The notes: generated by a model not told the origin, from the letters alone. Shown: positions 1 to 11,669, counted from the first letter of the whole stretch. The stretch: DNA of 63,823 nucleotides, filler included, from Rhabdomonas costata (GCA_019059605.1; 41 parts of 41 records of this genome joined end to end with filler, not necessarily neighbours in it); one strand, 5' to 3'. Numbers and translations: made by a program.

Positions 1-1342
1 GTCGAGGTTTCTTCTCGCCTGGGTGAACTGCTTGCAATCTGGGATGCCTTTTGGGGGGTGGGGCAGCCTGAGGATACCCCGGTACTCCGGCTGCAGCTGA
101 TCAAGGCGCTGTACCAGCTGCTACACTTCTTTCACACCCTGTACCTAGACTCCCCAGCCTACGCCGAGGTATGATCGCACTTGCGAAGCGGAGCTGTCTC
201 CATTGCTGCTCCAAGAAACGTTGGACCCATTGGAGTTCAGTGTTGGCAATGCGCGAAGTGCATAGACTGCTTCCAGTCAAGTGGTGTGAACGTGAGCGGT
301 GAACGTGAATTTATGGTGAACAACCCGGCTCTAGTAATTTTCATATGATGTTCTGATAATCTGAAGGACACGCACTTCGTCACACTGGATAACTGGGTCC
401 GCGCAGCAGCTGCCAGCCACACACATGCACCCACGCACGCTACACACTGCCGACCTCTCGAGTCGTATGCCGACGAGACACCCCGTATATCGGAGTGTAT
501 GTGCGACCTGGGAACTGCACCATGCCGAGGGAAGGGGGGGGGGGGGGGGGGGCAGCAAACAGGGAGCAGCAAACAGGTCGTTCTCCCCGGCTCGCCAGTC
601 AGAATCGTGGAGATACGAGAATCATGCATCAGTCACTATTCTGGATTTGAGGGATAGGGGGCTGAGAGAAGAATGGCAGAAAACGAGGACCCGAAAGATG
701 GATGCATCAGCCACTACCGCGGCTGCGGCAGCCAGTGCAAGCAGTGCCCAGTGCCGTGAGCGTGGCCGATCAAAACCGGTTCATGGAGATGCCACGATCC
801 TGGGCTCCCATGAGAATTGGTATGAGAGCTCGGCAGGACAGCACGCCCCCTCATGGGGTGTAAAGTCACAGTCCGACTCTTCGGAACATGAAAACGTCAC
901 AAACACCTGACTCACTCACTCACTCACTCACTCACTCACTCACTCACTCACTCACTCACTCACTCACTCACTCATTCACAACACATACAACGCATTTAGG
1001 GGAAGAATTTCCCCAAAAGGCAAAAATGGCAGCACAACTTCAACAGTTTGACAACCCAAAAAAATTACGCTCAGGAAAAAAAACATCACACAACCTCAAC
1101 ACTTCACACAGGTTTTTGAGCCTCTGGCCCAAGTCCTGGCTGCGGTGGAGTCTCCTCTTGAGGGGAATGGGAGTGGGGGTGTGCCTGCGGTGCTGCTGGC
1201 TCGGCACCGCGCACTGCAATCCCAGGTCTCTGCCGCCGCCGCCGCGTGTCGCAGGCAGCGCCGGCCCTTGACCCTGCAGTGCTACCGTCCCGTCCCGCTG
1301 CCGCAAATGGACCCCGAGCTCTTCGAGCCCTGGCGCAAGAAG
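1..1342 (+). CDS. Two internal exons (1-168, 1112-1342) of an unknown protein
   Basis: GC3-rich frames VEVSSRLGELLAIWDAF...PAYAE and VFEPLAQVLAAV...FEPWRKK. GT donors at 169 and 1343, CAG acceptor at 1109-1111, phases compatible (0-0). Confidence 0.55.
909..975. repeat. (ACTC)n tetranucleotide microsatellite
   Basis: Directly visible pure array inside the predicted intron. Confidence 0.97.
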
Positions 1343-1463
1343 GTGCTCTCCTTCCCTCCACACCACCACTCGCGATATTTGCTCTGCTTCCTGCTTTCCT
1401 TTAAGTATTGTGAGAACTCCTGGAAGGCAGGTAGGCAAGCAGCAACAACCCCAGAGATAAAAC

Positions 1464-1563
1464 NNNNNNNNNNNNNNNNNNNNNNNNNNNNNNNNNNNNN
1501 NNNNNNNTTAATTAATTAANNNNNNNNNNNNNNNNNNNNNNNNNNNNNNNNNNNNNNNNNNNN
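1464..1563. other. Artificial contig-join spacer (N44-TTAATTAATTAA-N44); 40 copies, the last at 62265-62364
   Basis: The same 100-nt block recurs about every 1.56 kb, and its 12-mer puts stops in all six frames. It divides the window into 41 contigs of about 1452-1470 nt. Confidence 0.99.
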
Positions 1564-2620
1564 GGGTTTTTGTCCTCGCTTGATCTGAGGGTGAGTGAAG
1601 GGGGGGGAGGTGCTTTCCATAGTTATTCATTGATCCTCCTCCGTTGACCCAACGAACTATTGCGAGCCTGCACAGCATCACTATCTTCCGGTCTCTGGTG
1701 CCTGCGTTAGACAACAGCTGTGGTTTTTTCGCATGCTCCAGAGACAGCTTGTCTGGTCACTATCTTGGTTGGTGGAGCCCGGAGCCTGTGAGGGTGTAAC
1801 TCTTTTCATACCATTGAGCTCAAGCCCCAATGGGTCGCTTCCGCCCTCGATGACCTTCAAGGCTCACCCACTGGCATGAGACAGAGAGAGGGGGGATTCC
1901 ACAACTCTTGTGCATGAGCAAACCATCAAACAAACCATCCAGAACTTAACACAAGCCTTCCCAATCTTCATCTGCAGTCACAGCACACTGCCTTCGATAT
2001 GCTCGATGCAATGATAGTTGTGGAATGTGGAGGGGTGTCGTTGAACCACATGCGGTTGCCCGAAGCAATCTGAGGGCCTGCTTAATGCCTGACTTTCCTC
2101 AAGTGTGAGTATGGTTCTACTTTTACACAGGATGGGGGGCTCGGTGCCACCGCGGCCGCGGTTCAGGCCTGTTCGACGGGCGCAGAGAAGCACTCCGTGG
2201 CAGTAAAGTTTTACTTAGGTCTGCATGTGGCGTGGATCGGCGGGGCTGTGTGTGAGTGGGGGGGACAGTTGCCGTCATTTTCTTTCTGCAGTGGTGGGTT
2301 CAAAAATTCGCGCTTTTCGTTAAGTTTGATCTTTTGTACCTCTTTATTTTCAACGTGTATGAGTTTCGTGAAATTTTTTTACTATAAATTTCAATTTGCG
2401 TGTCCCGTAATACGCCATATGAAGTGAGTATTTGCAGAAATAGAAGGTGGACGCTCCAATGATGGAGCACATCCGAGGGTGGCTAGGGCTATCTCACAGC
2501 GGTAAAACGGTTGTTGTCTCCCGTGAGGTGTCATCGGGTTTCTGAGTGTTTCGATTAGTTTCCTTTTGGAGTTCGCGGTGGTGGGTAGTGAAGCAGACAT
2601 GGACTTACCTGTTTCCTGTT
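1564..2620 (+). mobile_element. Highly decayed non-LTR retrotransposon RT and post-RT region
   Basis: Frameshifted remnants in RT order: GSPTGMRQ..DSTTL (motif-4-like), LTFLKCEYG, VKFYLGLHV (KYLG-like), then KVDAPMMEHIRGWLGL. Many stops and no intact YADD motif. Confidence 0.35.
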
Positions 2621-3211
2621 TGTTGTGGGCGCGTGAGTGGACGTCATGCTCATCATCCAGTCCTTACTTATTTCTTCTGGTTCTACCTGATTTCGGGCTG
2701 GGCATCGTTCACAAGTTTCGGTTTTGGGCACAACATAGCAAAAAAAAATAAGCGCTGCGCTTCGACAACCTGCCATTAAGTCTTTCCCAGCCCCACACAG
2801 GAATGCATTGCACGCAAGTATGCACACAGGAAGCACAGATCAGATGTCTCCATGCAGTAGTGAGAATGGGAATCTGAGAAGCAGTGCGCCTTCTGCTCTG
2901 GTGTTATGCTGCCCTCTTCCCCTCTACCGTGTCCAGAAACACCAACGACGAGCATGTCGCTCGCATCGCAGCGGTAGCGCCCTACTACCTGGCGGAGAAC
3001 CAATTTAAGTACCTCCCACCCACNNNNNNNNNNNNNNNNNNNNNNNNNNNNNNNNNNNNNNNNNNNNTTAATTAATTAANNNNNNNNNNNNNNNNNNNNN
3101 NNNNNNNNNNNNNNNNNNNNNNNGTGTTGGGTGTGTGTGGGGGTTGGGGTCGAAATCATGCTAAAGACTTAAAAGCACCGCTATAGCGGCGCGCATGTGG
3201 ATCGTCGGCAC

Positions 3212-3244
<33 letters not shown>

Positions 3245-3432
3245 GCATCCCTCTCACTCCGTTTTACCACTCGCCTCATTCACACCCCACATATGCTTGA
3301 ACGAAAACCGTTTCCAGGTTTGCTCCAGAAAAGCCTTCCCCTTGTCGTCTTAAATTTTCTCTCAAGCACCAACGGGACACACACATACACACGCACAGGT
3401 ACTCACACACACATGTTGGTGGGTGTGGGCAG

Positions 3433-4069
3433 GAGGCCCTCCGGTCAGCAGCGTCCGAGGTGGCTAAGGTGACCGACCCGGAGCACCGTAAGCAGCTGGT
3501 GTCGCGTATTCAGGAGGAGGCACTGCCCCTATCCCTGCCTTTCCTGTGCCCGCCCGTCCTTTCCCTTTTTCATTTGAACCTTCTGCCGCTCTCTCTTCGT
3601 ACTTTTGCCGAGAAAGGATTTCATGACCTAAGGGTTGGCATGCGTTGCCCTTTGCACTCCTCCTCCCAGCTGCAGGTGTGTTAAGCCCCGCGCAGCCGAA
3701 TAAACGACCCCCCCCCCTGTACCTTACGCCCTCTCACTTGTTTCTTCCTCGCCGTCTCTCTCACTTTTATCGGTTTGTATCTGCAGACCCAAGCCTGGCG
3801 TGAGCTTCAGGGGCTTGTGGCACAGATCCGCGCGAAAGCTGCAGCTCACCCTACTCGCCCGGACACCGGGAACTCCGTGTCTTCCAGGTCTCTCTCTGTG
3901 GTGAGTATGGGGCAATGGTGAATGATGCCTGCGCTCTTTTTGTGGACGAAGTTTGGCGTCCGTGTGCTGTGTGGTTGCGGGTGGCTGGTCATTGGAAGGA
4001 TTGCATTGCGAGGTGTGCCTTCCATGAGGCAATCTGGCTGCTCGCCTGCGGGGAGGACTGCTGCCCCTG

Positions 4070-4105
<36 letters not shown>

Positions 4106-4184
4106 GATTTCCACTCACCCTCCGTCTCTAAGGTGCGAGCGGGTGGCCAGCCTGCGCGAGGAGGCCGAGCAAGAGTTGGCGCAG
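3433..4184 (+). CDS. Three internal exons (3433-3519, 3787-3887, 4133-4184) of an unknown helical or coiled-coil protein
   Basis: EALRSAASEVAKVTDPEHRKQLVSRIQEE / TQAWRELQGLVAQIRAK...SS / RCERVASLREEAEQELAQ join in frame. The second intron is GT-AG; the first needs a GC donor at 3520. Confidence 0.6.
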
Positions 4185-4994
4185 GTCCGAATCTTCCAGC
4201 CCTGGGCCGAGGATGGTTTGCCTCGCGCGTCTACTGCCTGTCTGGTTCAACTCCTTTCCATTCTGTCAATTTTTGAGTCTTTTTTGTGAGCGCAGTGCAG
4301 CATTGCATGAACAAACAGGAGCGCATCGCTTTCTTTTTATGTGTTTGTGCGCACGCCCACCCAATCGACGACGAGCTTCTTAAGGTTCTTAGAGTTACCC
4401 ACTCGACGGCTCCACGCCGAAGAACACCTGAAAGGGGTTCTGGGGGGGGGGTGTAGGTTATTGAAGTGAAATGCAAAAAGGTGAAAATGCAATTCCATTG
4501 CTTCCGGCACAGCACATGCAACAGCAAACTGGAAGAGCGTCCTCCGATGAGGAGGAACGGGCATCTTCTTCTTCACCCCAACANNNNNNNNNNNNNNNNN
4601 NNNNNNNNNNNNNNNNNNNNNNNNNNNTTAATTAATTAANNNNNNNNNNNNNNNNNNNNNNNNNNNNNNNNNNNNNNNNNNNNGCGTGGCCTGTTCCAGT
4701 GGATTCTACACCCCCTGCTCGTGTATTTGCCCTGCCTTATTTTCGGACCCCCACGATACACTTACACACCCACACTAACACTAACACAACTCACAAGCAT
4801 TATCTCCGCCAGTGGAGTCGGATACCAGGGTGCTTTCCAGGCTTCCGGCTTCATCGAAAATCGAAGGAATCACTTTTTCAAAGGCATTTTCCTCCGAGGC
4901 ATTGCGGATTTTCTAAGCACTTAGTCATATTCGTCCTAACCCCCTGCGAGGAAAATATTTTCTTCTTTGGGCCCGTCTAGTGCATCGCTGCCAA

Positions 4995-5163
4995 CTTTCC
5001 TCGGGTTAGGAGGCATTGTTTTCTTTCACGTTTAGCCATGTTTACTTTGTTTAATTTGGAGAAACTGTGTGGGGACGAGGCAACTCTGAGGGACTTCTTA
5101 AAGACTTGACTTTGGCTGTGCTCTCTTCTGTACCTTTGGGCCCGTCTAGTGCACCTATGCCAT
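4995..5163 (+). mobile_element. Dispersed repeat, also at about 17180-17349 and similar at peptide level to 15600-15830; probable non-LTR retroelement relic
   Basis: cgggttaggaggcattgttttctttca...tttagccatgttta...tttggagaaactgtg...cttgactttggctgtgctc occurs on two contigs. Its translation FNLEKLCGDEATLRDFL resembles FDLEGLCSDEEKLFSFL at 15600. Confidence 0.6.
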
Positions 5164-5192
5164 TTATTTATATCTTATTGGTAAATGAATAA

Positions 5193-5627
5193 ATGGCAAA
5201 GCTCGATTTTAAAATTCACTTTTTAGGGTCAATAATTCCCCAGCTCAAACTCCCCTTTCCCCCATTGGGTCCATGTTGACTTTTCTGGTAGTCTGGGTGC
5301 CCCATTGTGAAACAACATGGACTACAGGGGGAAAGGGGGCACGTGTGCTTTGCACAGCAACCGCAAAAGTGCCCGAATCGGCTTTTTCCAGCTAAAAAGG
5401 CCAGCTAGGGGTAAAACGATGGTTTTAAAGCCAAAAATGATGAAAAAAGAAGCAAATTACAAGTACAGGCGGATTAGTGGGGTGACGACGACTCAAAAAA
5501 AATACTTGGGGGAAGCCTCGTCTCGGGGAGGGTAAGAGGAGTTCCGGTGACGAAGAAGCAAAAAGATATTGAATTATTGACCCTTTTTTACTGTGTGACA
5601 GGGCATTTTAAAATCGAGCTTTGTCAT
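5193..5627. mobile_element. MITE-like element of about 435 bp with bipartite terminal inverted repeats
   Basis: Outer IR atggcaaagctcgattttaaaat (5193-5215) pairs with attttaaaatcgagctttgtcat (5605-5627) with 1 mismatch. Inner IR agggtcaataattc (5225-5238) pairs perfectly with gaattattgaccct (5571-5584). No coding capacity; target-site duplication unclear. Confidence 0.75.
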
Positions 5628-8089
5628 ATGGCGAGCAACAGAAAGCTCAATAGATTGTCAGCAAAAAGTGCCATTTAGTTGCCTGCCGCGTCGCTTTGCT
5701 CCGAGATAACCGCCCGCAGACGGAATATAATTGATGTCAATGATGACACATCCAATGACCACGTTTTAGCAGGTGAAACTCAGGTCAAAATGTAAAAATT
5801 TGGTCCAGAAATCACAAGAGAGAGAACACGGCAAACCGCTGTAAATCATGACCAAAGGCCCTAAAATGCCCCCTTTGGCCCTTCAGCTGACTACGGAGAA
5901 GCTCCGCCAAGTCCATATCCATCAGCTGTATGGAGTACTCGTGGGATCTCAAGGTATGAAGGGTAAAAGTCACAGAAGACCAACCTGGAATCTTACAGCA
6001 ACCAGTGAATTGTAAAAAAAGAAAAACAAGGGCCGTTTGACCCTTTTGTAAAACGCCTAAGTCAAAAAAGCCCCCGTACAGGGCCCCTTTTGGACAAGTG
6101 TACCACCACACAGAAAAATATCAGAGGTTAGGAAAGTTGAAACCNNNNNNNNNNNNNNNNNNNNNNNNNNNNNNNNNNNNNNNNNNNNTTAATTAATTAA
6201 NNNNNNNNNNNNNNNNNNNNNNNNNNNNNNNNNNNNNNNNNNNNGACTTCTCCACGTTGTCGTGGTGCACCGTTCCGGAAGCGATGTACCGAACCTCAAG
6301 AGAGAGGAGAGGGAGAGAGCCTAAAGCCGGACCTGAAGCAGGAACTCTTCTGCATTTTGAGGACTTCCTCAATGCTGAGCAAAATGAAAAGTTTAACGAT
6401 TAATGCTTAAGCCCAGCAGGCTTTTCGTTTGCGGTCTAGAAGCAGTTGAGTAAATTCTTTTCTCGGCGCTTTCTCAAACTCGGCAAACACTCTGGCATAC
6501 CCCTCCTCATCCTTGCAAAGCGGAATGCATGAGCTGCACAGAAGCCGACCTCCTGGGCTAAAGCCTCCTGAGCTCGTGAAACGCACTTTACAGTGACCAT
6601 ACGCTCGACAACAGGCCGTTTTCCCTTTCGGACCCGGGATACGGGATACAGGATGGCAACACCTTTCCAAATCAAGGGCCACCAACTATTGAAGTTTCTC
6701 AGGGCCAATTTTTGGTGCGATCATCACACCCTTCATTTGGGTTTGAGGGTCGCCTGCTCCTGACGCTCTCCACTGTTGCTGTCATGTGTGGGTTTGCTGA
6801 AGAAGTCTCCGGTTGTTTGCTTGTCTTTGCACGCGCTTGCGTGTGTGTGTGTGGAAAACTCAAAAACAATCACACTCTTCAGAGAGAGGGGATGACTCTA
6901 TGAAAGCTTTTCCCGGGTCTCGGTTTCCACAGTAAAATACTGGCATCTCGCTAATCAGGTGCAAAGGAAGAAAAGCACTGGACAGGTGGGGAAAGTTCCT
7001 CATTCAGGGCTACAGAGCTAAGAGGAACATTCATTGGACCAAGCGCGGCAGTGAGAGGGTGACAAACCAGGGGCCCATAACACATTCAGCGTTGTCCAGA
7101 AGCTTACCAGGAACCGACTGGTTGTCACTCCTGGCTGACGTTCCGCTGCTTTCCGAAGGAAACCAGAATTCTGTGCAGGCTACACAAGCGGGCGCTAACT
7201 TAGCTGCGCATGTGCGCGCGCAAACCTTGGGGCCGTACATCTTTCGTGCCATCTCCTTCGCAAGGCTGTCATCGCTGGTGAGGTACCACGGCGCAGCCGG
7301 CCCTAAACCAAACTTCTTCTCCAGCCTCCAGGCCTTTTCAAAGCCCCTGCGAAGCCCCCGGCATACCCCAACGAAACGGTGCAGAACGACCGTTTTTGGG
7401 AGGGGGGGAGACTCACCCGCACGTCAAGTCACGTCACTTTGCAACAAAAATCCAGAGATATAAAAAAGAAAGGGTGGTGAAAACAAAAGAGCGGTTCCGT
7501 TCACACGGAGAGAATTTACGGTAGAGTAAAGGGAGATCTAGAAGCAAGTGGAAGAAGCGGGATAGGAGCGGTGACGACAAAGGGAGGACACCCTTCTATG
7601 GCCTCAAGGCCACAAAACAGCGGCTCGAAAAATATTGTCCGCATCACATCTAAAGTTAGAACTGTCCATCCAATGAGAGCATTTCGCACTAAATAGCAAA
7701 AAAANNNNNNNNNNNNNNNNNNNNNNNNNNNNNNNNNNNNNNNNNNNNTTAATTAATTAANNNNNNNNNNNNNNNNNNNNNNNNNNNNNNNNNNNNNNNN
7801 NNNNGGGTTTGTGTTAAACAACGCTTTACTCGGAGGCACAGAGCTCAGACTGTGCTTCTTAAGCCGTAAACCGGAGCTACTACCATAGCGTCTCCTTTGA
7901 CGTCCACAACTTCGACGAGGAGAGACTAACCGTAGATAGCACTGTGACAATTATGAAATGGCTTGCGCAGCTGAACTCAGACTGGGCGTTTGTGCACCGT
8001 GCCATGTAACATGAAAGGCATAGGAATTATGCAACCTCAAGCGTTCCAATTATCAATTTGTTGTTGTAAATATCAATCGGATGAAGCAT

Positions 8090-8250
8090 CATTGGAACCT
8101 TTTAAGATCAAGAGAAAGACCTCAAATAACACCTTTGAGGTTGACATCATTGCCCATATTCAGAAGAAGATGATGCCCTTCTTCAATTCCACCGAGCTGG
8201 TACCATTTGAGGCGAGGGATCTTGACCAAGTTGGCCTGTGCCCATGAACT
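8090..8250 (+). mobile_element. Ty3/gypsy integrase C-terminal (GPY/F) remnant
   Basis: EPFKIKRKTSNNTFEVDI...MMPFFNSTELVPFE matches the GPFKI...N.Y.L.LP...HPVFHVS.L.PF pattern. Flanking sequence is AT-rich and decayed. Confidence 0.6.
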
Positions 8251-9640
8251 AGAAGGTTGATGATCACGTTCTCCAAGCCAAGTAACAACGGGATATGGAA
8301 CAAGCACTGAGGTTTCTACTTGGATATTACAATGCGACAGCACACCAACACCAAGCCGTTTATTTTGACTTATAACTATGTTATAACTATGCGCCTGCTG
8401 ACAGAGATTTGAACCAACACGTTGAGGAAAGCAATGCGCATTGGGACCTAAATTCTGTTAATGAGTATGACACATTTGTTGTGTATGAGCAAGGGGATCA
8501 GTAAGGGATATAACCTTCCCCACAAGGTGGTTTGTTTCAATTGTGTTGTGTTTGTGCTTCATCCACAACACTACACAATAAAATATGATGATCCACTTCC
8601 AAAGTGGTAGCATTGGGGGTGATACTATCCAGCAACTGCGCGCCGCTTCTGCAGCGGTTTAGTCCACTTCCAGTGGGGAGCGCTGTCTAAATGAGAAGGG
8701 CCACAAACAATATCGAAGTCATATCCGTGGGTCCTGAACAACTGTCAAAGTTCCATGCCACATCTGTGGCACTCTATGACAGAGATTCTGGGCTTCTGCA
8801 GGAGATAAAGCGCGGCATATCTCAACTTCTTTTTCGATATTTTGTTCCAATTTGTTTTTGAAGCTCTAACAGAGGTGGTAAATTGTAACCAAACTGAAAT
8901 GCGCACAGCTTATATAGGAAATCCGCGCGTTTATGAATTACGCGTTTATCTACATGACGAACGTGACAGACATTGCATTAGTTAGTATTTGTCTTTGGTT
9001 GCTGTATTAATGCACTTTAAAAAATACATCTTTTTGTGCAAACAGTTTTCCTTCTCTCTCATTCCATCTTTCGTTCTCTTTTTGTTCCCTTTGTGAGGGA
9101 TTTTTGATCACAAAGCAGGAAAAATGGCCTCTAATAGAATGTCTGGCGCCAGGTGTTATATACAAAACCACACAAGTGAAAAAGTGCTTTAGGATCGGAG
9201 GTGGAAGGTTGTGACGGATTTAAACAGCGGCTGGTAAACGGCACACCGTCTTAGAGGATTTGCTNNNNNNNNNNNNNNNNNNNNNNNNNNNNNNNNNNNN
9301 NNNNNNNNTTAATTAATTAANNNNNNNNNNNNNNNNNNNNNNNNNNNNNNNNNNNNNNNNNNNNGTTGGGTTTGAGGGGAAACGATGTCGAGTGACAGAC
9401 TTTGGGGATGACGCTGGTTCCACAGTTGCACTGAGGTGGTGATGCTGTCTGAGGGCAAACTTTGGGAAGTCTACATTCACTTAATCCTCTTAATCAAGAT
9501 ATACGCAACAAGGGATCCCCTATCTGCAGCCTGAACGTCGTGCGTGCCTCCTGGCCCTTGAGGTAAAGGCGATGTTGGTGGCCGTGGGAATAGCCCCCTC
9601 CCCAACCCCCAACAGCAAAAAGCGAAACTTGTCATGGTAC

Positions 9641-10385
9641 CTTTGGATTGGGGTTCTGACAGCTTGTGCACGCGGCATACGAAAGCAGGTTCTGCTGTCC
9701 GCAAATCACACACATCCAGCTCGAGCTATTTGTCGCAATTGCCGCGGGTGGGGCCGGAACCTAAACCGATCGCAGCACAGGGTCAACGCAAGTGCCTCGC
9801 GTTTGCATTTGGAAGAGCGCAGGGAACGGACAGTCAACTTCACACTAAAAAGCCCGTCGCCAGCCTAGTCTAAGGAGCAGGGCTCCACAACACCTCCCAG
9901 CTCTTTTCCACCACAGGAAGCACATGGACAACTGTTCACGTGGAGCACGCTTCGATGCCCTTTCAGAGGTTCAATGTTGTTCGCAATCCTCCAATTAAAC
10001 ACAGCAACTAATGGGTTTGATGGCGAGGCCCCGAGTGCGTTGGAGGAAAATGCTCGCAGGGAAACGCTGATCCACATTTTCAAGGGGGCACGGAGGCGGA
10101 GATCACAGTCCAATTATCATATATCGCTGATCGCCACGAAGACTTCCACGAAAAAGAGCGAGAGGTGAGAAAACGTCTCACTGTGCCTTGAGGTGCCATA
10201 TGCGTCCTAAGCTGTGGGTTAATTGGGAAAAATCAAAATGGGAAGACTGCCACCACAAAACTGCAAAGGCAAACCTCCTCGCCCCCTACCACGGTAAGGT
10301 TGGTTTTGCGCTCGTCGTACTCAGCCTGGGTAATCAGGCCAGCGTCTAGCAGCTGACCAAGCCGAGCAAGTGCACCGTCCGCCAT
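9641..10385 (-). CDS. 5' exons of a protein with an N-terminal SHOCT domain (10290-10385) and a RanBP2-type zinc finger (9641-9760)
   Basis: MADGALARLGQLLDAGLITQAEYDERKTNL fits the SHOCT pattern. WMCVICGQQNLLSYAACTSC fits W-x-C-x2-C-x3-N-x6-C-x2-C. TAG acceptor, GT donors, phase 0. Confidence 0.72.
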
Positions 10386-10924
10386 AGAGGGGGCGGGGAG
10401 GGGGGAGGGCGGAAGGAAAAAACTGCAACTTGTATCCGGTATCACTCGGTGTTGACTCTGGAGGCAATGAGAAAGCAAACAATGAAGCCAAACTCCAGGA
10501 CTGAATGGCCCCCAAAAAAAAGGATAATGGATCAAGGGATCAATGTCAGAGCACAGTAGAGCAGAGAGAGTTGCTGCCTAACTCTCTACTTTCAGAACAT
10601 AGAGACCCGGCAATTACGGGAGGTTCCCGCCTCTATCTTCTGGCTTCCGGCTCAGACCTGCTGACAAAAAAGCCCCGAGGGGAGTCACCACCTGATGATG
10701 GGCTTACAATTGCTATTAAAACAACAATGAAAAAATGTCAGAGTATTTCTTCATGACCCACTCAGAGAAGAGGGCCAGGAAGATTTTCTATGCCTTTTGG
10801 ATAATCAGCACGCCCCCCACAAACNNNNNNNNNNNNNNNNNNNNNNNNNNNNNNNNNNNNNNNNNNNNTTAATTAATTAANNNNNNNNNNNNNNNNNNNN
10901 NNNNNNNNNNNNNNNNNNNNNNNN

Positions 10925-11110
10925 TTGTTGTGGGGCCCTCCCACACCCGCACGATTGTACACCGCGCCCCCACTTGTGGGAGGGTCCCACACATAGCCAG
11001 CCCATGGGTTCCGGGTATAGAGGTACCTTGGTACACTATGGTCCAGCCGGCCTTTGGGGGATAGGCCGGGCCTATAGGGTCCATAGGCCGGGGGGACCCC
11101 CAGCAAACTA
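10925..11110. repeat. Dispersed non-coding repeat family, related copies at about 13690-13850 and 24050-24270
   Basis: Shared blocks gggagggtcccacaca, ggttccgggtatag.ggta.cttggt, cccacttgtg and ggccttgag.ggtt occur across three unrelated contigs. Confidence 0.65.
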
Positions 11111-11400
11111 ACCCTGTCTCACCTACCAAAGCCCCAACTCGAAAACGATTTCAGCCCAGATAGCGCACCACATATTTATTGGGAAATTTTGATAAGACAA
11201 ACGCCCCAGATTTTTTTACCTCACACATGACAACGCCAAACCATTTGAACAACAGCAACCCATTCAACAGCTGCAAAACCCGTCAACAACGTTAACCCAT
11301 TAACAAATGGTAAATCCCTCCCTCCAAAAAAACATTTCCCGTGCCTATCGCTCAGGTTTTTCTTTCTAGCCACTCCCAAGAAGCCAAAAGCGGTGAACAC

Positions 11401-11669
11401 CTCCAACGCAGCCTTCAGTAGGAACAGCAGGGCGTTAGTTTTCCTCTTCACCGACACCTCCTCGGAGTTAAGGGTCTGCACCAAGGCCCACAGCAGCCTT
11501 TGGTAGGCCTCGGGGTGCGCCGTGGGGAACTCCCGCAGGGCGGGAACCCCGACGGCAAGCAGCTGCTGGCATTGGCTAGCACACGCAGAATGGGGGAGTG
11601 GCACACGAAGTTCGCCACAATGACGCAGGACAACGGTGCTGGACTGAGTCCCTGGCTCACTGGTGTCAC
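11401..11669 (-). CDS. Internal exon, unknown helical (HEAT/ARM-like) protein
   Basis: Open GC3-rich frame ...QQLLAVGVPALREFPTAHPEAYQRLLWALVQTLNSEEVSVKRKTNALLFLLK with a TAG acceptor and GT donor. Confidence 0.45.

Noticed and set aside
237-1519. Many overlapping ORFs in the supplied track here and throughout (THSL, CVCV, HTHT repeats, X-containing ends)
   Set aside because: They arise from microsatellites, GC-rich antisense frames, alternative start codons or read-through into N gaps.
2539-2553. tttctgagtgt resembling the start of the Euglena spliced leader
   Set aside because: Only 11 nt match, with no T-tract, donor or Sm site, and it lies inside a decayed retroelement-like frame. Chance is plausible.
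6245-6375. Possible 38-nt mini-intron joining PQNAEEFLLQ to VRYIASG on the minus strand
   Set aside because: It needs unusual GAG acceptors, alternative frames are equally plausible, and no family is firmly recognised.
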